The position numbers and the translations under genes were made by a program. Source: Oscillospiraceae bacterium (GTDB lineage: Bacteria > Bacillota > Clostridia > Oscillospirales > Ruminococcaceae). Taken from it: 64,000 bases of DNA. The stretch lies in assembly GCA_045606505.1 (NCBI GenBank), contig JAZUSC010000050.1, positions 35,320 through 99,319 of the forward strand, read 5' to 3'. This document shows positions 58,028 through 64,000 of the stretch, piece by piece. Under the pieces are notes generated by a model. The model was given only the letters and a program-made list of their open reading frames with translations, had not been told where the DNA came from and made no database searches. Numbering within the stretch: the first letter of the stretch is position 1; each line of letters starts with the position of its first letter.

Positions 58028-58210
58028 AATCTATCCTTTACATATTTTATATATAGATACTCATACTCCATTGTATTATATCACAAAACCAAAAATAATG
58101 CAATATACTGATTATAATATATTTTAAAAATATTTAATAATTATTCAGAAATGAGAATATTTCCCTTGCCGCACAAATATCGTATATAAAAAAGCAAGGA
58201 GGAATACATC

Positions 58211-58456
58211 TTGGGAATTACATTCGGCAAAAAACACGGCTCCGAGGACAATACTAATACCACACTCGCACGGGAATACATACAGCTCACCGAAAGACTG
58301 AATGAGATACGTACGAATTTCGACTTTGTAACCGATGAGGCGGCTGTTGACGCACTTATCTACGAGGAGAATGCAGTCCTTGCAAAACTGTCTGCTCTAT
58401 ACAAGGAAGCAAAGGCTTCGGGTAGCCGTTTGGAGATATACGAACTGAAAAAATAA
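58211..58456 (+). CDS. YaaL/DUF2508-like small protein
   Basis: RBS AAGGAGG before TTG; NFDFVTD...DALIYE..A....L.KEAK pattern. Confidence 0.65.
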   Translation: MGITFGKKHGSEDNTNTTLAREYIQLTERLNEIRTNFDFVTDEAAVDALIYEENAVLAKLSALYKEAKASGSRLEIYELKK

Positions 58457-58484
58457 ATTTTTTAAAAAATTTTTAAAAAAGTGC

Positions 58485-58513
58485 TTGACAAATCTATTTT
58501 GCTGTGGTATAAT
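58485..58513 (+). promoter_or_regulatory. sigma-A promoter of tRNA-Leu
   Basis: TTGACA-17 bp-TATAAT with extended TG and an AT-rich UP element. Confidence 0.85.
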
Positions 58514-58565
58514 CTAATAGTCGTCAGGACAGAGGAAATAAAAAACCTGAGGATACATAACAAAT

Positions 58566-58652
58566 GCGAGTGTGCTGGAATAGGCAGACAGGCTAGCTTG
58601 AGGTGCTAGTGTCCGTATAGACGTGTGGGTTCAAGTCCCGTCACTCGCACCA
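58566..58652 (+). tRNA. tRNA-Leu (anticodon GAG)
   Basis: Acceptor gcgagtg/cactcgc, anticodon arm ctagc-ttGAGgt-gctag, long variable arm, GGTTCAAGTCC, encoded CCA. Confidence 0.96.
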
Positions 58653-58678
58653 AAAGACCGCCCATCGGACGGTCTTTT
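58652..58678 (+). terminator. Terminator after tRNA-Leu
   Basis: aaaagaccg/cggtctttt. Confidence 0.75.
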
Positions 58679-58935
58679 ATTGTATTATGGCAATCTGTTT
58701 TTGCTTCGTAAAAACCGCTCACGCTCTCAGGTCGCTGAACGATTACTATGTTGTCAATATATACATATTCCGCTGTATCTTTTCCGAAGTAGATACAGCG
58801 GTTCTTTTTTTTATATTCTTTGCCTAACACCGCCATAATGTTTCGACTACTGTAATATATCACAGCGGATCCTTTGGTTATACAGTTTAACACAAATAAA
58901 GCCAAAATTTAGTTATCCAAAAACTGTCTGCTCTA

Positions 58936-58964
58936 TTGACACCTAGAAATATATGGGTTATAAT
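58936..58964 (+). promoter_or_regulatory. sigma-A promoter of the HD-GYP gene
   Basis: Perfect TTGACA-17 bp-TATAAT. Confidence 0.85.
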
Positions 58965-58997
58965 AATTATTAATAAAAATTATTCGGGAGGTGCAGT

Positions 58998-60398
58998 ATG
59001 AAAAAATTCAGCAAAGATATTGTTGCGATAATCTTCACAACGATCGCTTGTATAATTACATTTATTGCGATCACATTCTATTATTATTCTGTAAAAAACG
59101 AAAGCAACGTTATAAAGGAAGTCAGTTTTTCCGACGGAACTTTCAACGGAGAAATATACGCCCTTCCCGATTTTAATGTAAAGATCGGTCCACGAGGCGG
59201 CGATGCCGGAGCGTGGCTGAAAGATCCTATTCTGGGTGAAGATGGAAATGTACTTCACGGCCCCAGTGTAGGTATTATTTATGAGATGATCCTAACTAAT
59301 ACCTGTGATGCTGTTATCACCGATTGGACAGCGGATATTTATATGCCCGAGTTTATGTGGATAAACAACAACTGGAACGGTAAGCTGGAATTTCATCAGA
59401 CGAGCGACGGCACCGAGCGTGTTCAGATTATCGATCTGCGAGAATATCAGAGCGTTGAGATCGAACTTGACTATTACACAGACCATACAGGTCCTATGCT
59501 TCCGCTTGAAAAGGGCGATAGAATTGTTTACCGTCCCAGCAAAGCTGATAACGAATATCCTCTTGACCCGCCATCAGAAACCGAAGAAGTAAACGACTCA
59601 ACCATAGTTGGTTTTATCGTATATGTTCCTGACAAAGGGCTTGATTATGCACCGGTATTTGATGAAGTTATTTTCAGGTACCATTTAAACAAGAATATCT
59701 GGTCAGACCCGATATTCATAACTCTGGTAGCACTTGACGGTATGTGGCTTGTGTTGATCATAGGTCTTGTAATGTCCCATATCAGAGTAAGAAAACTGTT
59801 AAAACAGCAAAAACGTGACTCTCAGATCATTGAACAGTCGATCAAGACATTTATAAATTTCATTGAGGCAAAGGATCCTAACACCAAGGGCCATTCCGAG
59901 CGTGTGGCTGCGATAGCATTTGCACTCGCCAACGAAATGGGATATTCCTCGCAGGACTGCAACAACATACGCTGCATAGCCCTTATGCACGACTGCGGAA
60001 AAATAGCTATCCCTGTAAATATACTGCAAAAGCCCGACAGACTTACCGATGAAGAATATGAGATAATAAAGCGTCACACTACGATCGGCGGAGATATGCT
60101 GCGAGATTTTAACTCCATAAAGGATATGTACCTCGGAGCTCTTTATCATCACGAGCGTTATGACGGAAAAGGATATCCCAAGGGATTAAAGGGCGAGGAT
60201 ATACCTCTAATTGCACGTATCATCTGTGTTGCCGACTCACTTGATGCAATGAACAGCAACAGATGCTATCGCCAAAAGCTTACTAAGGAAGTGATCATAG
60301 ACGAACTCGAAAAAAATAAAGGTAAGCAGTTTGATCCCGAGATCGTTGAACATATCCTTAAACTGATAAAACAGGGCGTTGTAACAATAGGCGAATAA
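58998..60398 (+). CDS. Membrane-anchored HD-GYP cyclic-dinucleotide phosphodiesterase with an extracellular sensor domain
   Basis: Two TM segments flanking ~220 aa; EAKDPNTKGHSERV, MHDCGK, HHERYDGKGYP, VADSLDAM. Confidence 0.9.
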   Translation: MKKFSKDIVAIIFTTIACIITFIAITFYYYSVKNESNVIKEVSFSDGTFNGEIYALPDFNVKIGPRGGDAGAWLKDPILGEDGNVLHGPSVGIIYEMILTNTCDAVITDWTADIYMPEFMWINNNWNGKLEFHQTSDGTERVQIIDLREYQSVEIELDYYTDHTGPMLPLEKGDRIVYRPSKADNEYPLDPPSETEEVNDSTIVGFIVYVPDKGLDYAPVFDEVIFRYHLNKNIWSDPIFITLVALDGMWLVLIIGLVMSHIRVRKLLKQQKRDSQIIEQSIKTFINFIEAKDPNTKGHSERVAAIAFALANEMGYSSQDCNNIRCIALMHDCGKIAIPVNILQKPDRLTDEEYEIIKRHTTIGGDMLRDFNSIKDMYLGALYHHERYDGKGYPKGLKGEDIPLIARIICVADSLDAMNSNRCYRQKLTKEVIIDELEKNKGKQFDPEIVEHILKLIKQGVVTIGE

Positions 60399-60443
60399 AT
60401 ATCATTTATACTTATAATTATTGTAATGTCATAAAAACCAGAC

Positions 60444-60478
60444 AAACCGCTGAACAGTTTTGTTCGGCGGTTTTTTAT
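60444..60478 (+). terminator. Terminator after the HD-GYP gene
   Basis: aaaccgctgaaca/tgttcggcggttt plus T run. Confidence 0.8.
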
Positions 60479-60498
60479 TTGCAAAATAAAAATCCTGC

Positions 60499-60527
60499 TT
60501 GAATATATTTCGCTTGTGTGATATAAT
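60499..60527 (+). promoter_or_regulatory. sigma-A promoter of the alpha-galactosidase gene
   Basis: TTGAAT-17 bp-TATAAT with extended TG. Confidence 0.7.
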
Positions 60528-60568
60528 TGTTATAACATTTTAAACAAAACCGAAAGGACACCATTACG

Positions 60569-62839
60569 ATGAACCTTATAACAGCAAAAAAGATCAAAAA
60601 CGAGTACTCCCCCTACCGCTGGCAGGTAGGCGGAAACGACCCCTACACCGAAGAACTGACTATGTTCACCCTCAGCGGTAAGGGGGTTACCTACGCATTT
60701 GCGGCACTGGAAAGCGGTCACCTTGCACACGTCTATTTCGGTAAGCGTACTGACGATGACGACCTCTCCTATCTTCTCCGCCTTGACGAAAACCCCTATA
60801 CCCCCAAGGTAAACGAGCGAGATATGGGCACTTTTATGGACTCGACCCCCTTTGAGTACCCCTGTCACGGCATAGGCGACTATCGTGAGCCTGCCATTAT
60901 GCTTATGGACAACAAGGGAATGTCCTCCCTTGACCTGCGTTATGTTTCCCACGAAATAACAGCAGGCAAACCTATCCTTGAACAGAAGTTAGAGGACTGC
61001 ACTGTACAGCTCCCTGCTACCTTTGCGGCTGAAAACGAAGCTGAAACTCTTGCTGTCACACTGGAAGACAAGCGTACAGGTCTTAATGTTATACTCTACT
61101 ACACTGTTTTCGCTAACCTTGATGTCATCACAAGAAGCGTAAAGCTCATAAACAAAGGCACTGAGGCTTTTGATGTAAGACGTGTACTGTCAGGCTGTGT
61201 TGATTTCGATAATGACCAGTTTGATTTCATCACTCTCAACGGCTCCTGGGCAAGAGAGCGTGTTATGGAGCGTTGCCGCCTTCACCACGGAAAGCAGGGT
61301 GTTGACTCCGTAAAGGGCGAAAGCTCACACCAAAATAACCCCTTTGTGGCTCTTGTTTCCCACAACGCAAACGAGGACATCGGCGAGGCATACGGCTTCA
61401 ATCTTGTATACAGCGGTAACTTCTTTGCACAGGCTGAGGTCACACAGCACAAAAAGACCCGCCTTGTAATGGGTATCAACCATTTTGATTTCAGCTGGAA
61501 GCTCTCTCCCGAGGCTGAATTTACAGCTCCCGAGCTTGTAATGGTGTACTCCGCAGAGGGTATCGGCAATATGTCCCGCACCTTCCACGACCTGTACAGA
61601 CAGCACCTTATCAGAGGTGAATATAAAGACAAACGCCGCCCTATCCTTATCAACAACTGGGAGGCTACATACTTCAACTTCGACACCGATAAGCTTATTG
61701 ATATCGCAAAACAGGCGTCCTCTCTCGGTATTGAGATGTTAGTTATGGACGACGGCTGGTTTGGTCACAGAGATGCCGACAACAGTTCTCTCGGCGACTG
61801 GTTCGTTTATGAAAAGAAGATAAACGGCGGCTTAAAGTATCTTGTAGACGAAGTAAACAAGCTTGGTATGAAGTTCGGTATATGGTTTGAGCCTGAGATG
61901 ATCTCCCCCGACAGCGAGCTGTACAAGGCTCACCCCGACTGGGCTATACAGATAGCAGGTATGCCTATGACACAAAGCCGTCAGCAGTATGTGCTTGATT
62001 ACAGCCGCAAGGAAGTAAGAGATCACATCTACGGTATGATGAAGAAGATACTCGACAGTGCAAATATCGAGTACATCAAGTGGGATATGAACAGACAGCT
62101 TACAGAGGTAGGCTCTAACGCTCTCCCCTCTGACCAACAGAGAGAGCTGTGGCACAGATATGTTCTCGGCGTATACGATGTTATGGACAGACTGACTACC
62201 GATTATCCCTATATTCTGCTTGAAAACTGCTCGGGCGGCGGTGCGAGATTTGACGCAGGTATGCTGTTCTACTCACCGCAGATATGGACATCTGACGATA
62301 CAGACGCTATCGAAAGACTTAAAATACAGTACGGTACATCTATCTGCTACCCTGCCTCCGCAATGGGAGCTCACGTTTCAGACTGCCCCAACCACACCGT
62401 TGGCAGAACCACTCCCTTCTCCACCCGTGGAAACGTGGCTATGGTAGGTACATTCGGCTATGAGCTTGATGTTACAAAAATACCCGAACAGGACAGAAAC
62501 GAGATACCTGCTCAGGTAGAGATGTTCAAGAAGTACAATCCCCTTATCCGCACAGGCGACCAGTACAGGATAGGAAATGTGTTTGAGGACAATATGTGGG
62601 ACGCGTGGATGTTCGTTGCAAAGGACAAGAGCGAGGCGGTATTCACCTTTGTACAGGTGCTTGGCAGACCGAACTACGGCAGCCGCAGAATAAAGCTGAA
62701 GGGTCTTGACCCCGCAAAGAAATACAAGAACAGCGAAACAGGTGCGGTACATACAGGTGCGGCACTTATGAACTGCGGAATAAATGTTAGCCTCCACGGA
62801 GATTTCTCCTCTAAGGTAGTACACTTCACAGAAGAATAA
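60569..62839 (+). CDS. GH36 alpha-galactosidase
   Basis: ILINNWEATYF, VMDDGWFG, FGIWFEPEM, YIKWDMNR, ENCSGGG.RFD, WTSDDTD. Confidence 0.95.
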   Translation: MNLITAKKIKNEYSPYRWQVGGNDPYTEELTMFTLSGKGVTYAFAALESGHLAHVYFGKRTDDDDLSYLLRLDENPYTPKVNERDMGTFMDSTPFEYPCHGIGDYREPAIMLMDNKGMSSLDLRYVSHEITAGKPILEQKLEDCTVQLPATFAAENEAETLAVTLEDKRTGLNVILYYTVFANLDVITRSVKLINKGTEAFDVRRVLSGCVDFDNDQFDFITLNGSWARERVMERCRLHHGKQGVDSVKGESSHQNNPFVALVSHNANEDIGEAYGFNLVYSGNFFAQAEVTQHKKTRLVMGINHFDFSWKLSPEAEFTAPELVMVYSAEGIGNMSRTFHDLYRQHLIRGEYKDKRRPILINNWEATYFNFDTDKLIDIAKQASSLGIEMLVMDDGWFGHRDADNSSLGDWFVYEKKINGGLKYLVDEVNKLGMKFGIWFEPEMISPDSELYKAHPDWAIQIAGMPMTQSRQQYVLDYSRKEVRDHIYGMMKKILDSANIEYIKWDMNRQLTEVGSNALPSDQQRELWHRYVLGVYDVMDRLTTDYPYILLENCSGGGARFDAGMLFYSPQIWTSDDTDAIERLKIQYGTSICYPASAMGAHVSDCPNHTVGRTTPFSTRGNVAMVGTFGYELDVTKIPEQDRNEIPAQVEMFKKYNPLIRTGDQYRIGNVFEDNMWDAWMFVAKDKSEAVFTFVQVLGRPNYGSRRIKLKGLDPAKKYKNSETGAVHTGAALMNCGINVSLHGDFSSKVVHFTEE

Positions 62840-62847
62840 CAAAACGA

Positions 62848-62879
62848 TCCCCCTCACTCCGTTAAGGAATGAGGGGGAA
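62848..62879. terminator. Bidirectional terminator between alpha-galactosidase and the diguanylate cyclase
   Basis: tccccctca/tgaggggga inverted repeat between convergent genes. Confidence 0.8.
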
Positions 62880-62882
62880 TTT

Positions 62883-64000
62883 TTATACTACTACCTGATT
62901 TCTGCCTGAGGTCTTACCTTTATAAAGAAGTTCGTCTGCACGGTTTATGACAACTTCACTGTTCTCTCCGTTTTTCGCTGTGGAGATACCAAAGGTCATT
63001 GTAACATCAATATCCTCTCCGTCAAAACAGAAGTCCGTTTCACGTATCTCCTGCAAGAGCCTGTCCGCAATATCCTTTGCACCCTCTGTATCGTATTTCG
63101 GGATTATCATAAGGAATTCCTCACCGCCCCAGCGTGATGCGAAGCCGCCATTCTGAACCGAATAATTATTGAGGATAGCCGAAACATTTTTCAGCACATA
63201 GTCGCCCGCTGCGTGTCCGTAGGTATCGTTTATCTTCTTGAAAAAGTCGATATCTCCCATAATAACGGAATATGTAACCCGCTCTTCTATAAGGCGATCT
63301 ATCTTATTCCTGCAACCACGACGGTTAAAAAGCATAGTAAGCGGGTCACGTTCCACCATATCACGCAGATTATTCCGCACCTTAACAGCGTGTGACGAAA
63401 GCTCACCTATCTCGTCTGAACGCTTTATTGTTTTATCCGAAAGCCTTACAGAGAAATCACCGTCAGCAAGTTTGGCAAGAAAATGCTTGATATCTGTGAT
63501 ATCCGCAATTACGCTCCTTGTACTGAAAAAGCAGAATGCCAAAGCTATGATCAATGTCACTGCGGCAAGAACGATAAACCTAACCACTGCATCAACAGCG
63601 GTCGCCTCTGCACTTTCTATCGGCTTTCCCGCAAATATCATTCCCTGTACTTCTCCGCTCTGTGAAGAAATAGGAATATAATAACCCATATAGTAACGAT
63701 CGTTTACAAGAACTCTGGGATAAAGGTACTCACTACCGCCCTTTATGACCATTTCCGTTACCTCGTCAGCCGCCTTTGTGCCTACGGCAAGGCTTCCGTC
63801 AACATTCTTAACGCTTGTGAAAACACGGATATCGTTATAAAAAAGGGTGAAGTCCACGTCCTCCTCACAGGATACAACACCTGTAAGAGTGTTAAAATCA
63901 TCAGAACTTATCTCTGTATCACCTACAAGACAGACTTCCCCGTCATAACTTAGATCGCCCTCAAAATGAGAATTATAGATATTTCCAAAGGTACGGGCGG
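62883..64000 (-). CDS. Diguanylate cyclase with Cache-like, TM and HAMP input (5' end lies beyond the window)
   Basis: DPLTMLFNRR, DIDFFKKINDTYGH..GD, RWGGEEF; the frame stays open from 63857 to the window edge. Confidence 0.9.
   Translation of the reverse strand, partial: ARTFGNIYNSHFEGDLSYDGEVCLVGDTEISSDDFNTLTGVVSCEEDVDFTLFYNDIRVFTSVKNVDGSLAVGTKAADEVTEMVIKGGSEYLYPRVLVNDRYYMGYYIPISSQSGEVQGMIFAGKPIESAEATAVDAVVRFIVLAAVTLIIALAFCFFSTRSVIADITDIKHFLAKLADGDFSVRLSDKTIKRSDEIGELSSHAVKVRNNLRDMVERDPLTMLFNRRGCRNKIDRLIEERVTYSVIMGDIDFFKKINDTYGHAAGDYVLKNVSAILNNYSVQNGGFASRWGGEEFLMIIPKYDTEGAKDIADRLLQEIRETDFCFDGEDIDVTMTFGISTAKNGENSEVVINRADELLYKGKTSGRNQVVV

Noticed and set aside
62883-63857. ORF-track start (GTG at 63857) for the diguanylate cyclase
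   Set aside because: The frame remains open to base 64000, so the true start is outside the window
58566-64000. Genomic island integrated at tRNA-Leu
   Set aside because: No integrase, no repeat of the tRNA 3' end and no mobility genes in the window
1-64000. CRISPR arrays, IS elements, prophage, retron or DGR
   Set aside because: No regularly spaced direct repeats, and no transposase, phage or reverse transcriptase motifs in any ORF

Overview
A 64 kb stretch of chromosome from a spore-forming, Ruminococcus-like (Oscillospiraceae) Firmicute; the taxon is inferred from gene content and order, not from a search. It is mostly housekeeping and metabolic: feoAB, GH3 and GH36 glycosidases, TPP riboswitch-thiT, glutamine synthetase III, luxE/luxC-like genes, spo0A, pdxK, cysK, mutS2, hisS-rimM-trmD-era-recO, mreBCD-pbp2-minD-mgsA, a trimeric [FeFe]-hydrogenase, tadA, rlmB and tRNA-Leu(GAG). 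I saw no integrase, transposase, CRISPR array, prophage or reverse transcriptase. The most interesting items are: (1) a CheX/CheC-type phosphatase with four exact 24+5 aa MshEN-like (c-di-GMP-binding) repeats, paired with a lone CheY, in a window that also encodes a CBM2-like-sensor HD-GYP protein and a GGEEF cyclase; (2) a 1084-aa P1B-ATPase-like protein that lacks the catalytic motifs; (3) a TrmD-ASCH fusion with an internal RBS/ATG; (4) an orphan sRNA candidate and an ANTAR-like glnA attenuator; (5) tandem arrays of small divergent paralogs inside housekeeping operons. All calls come from motif recognition by eye; no searches were run.
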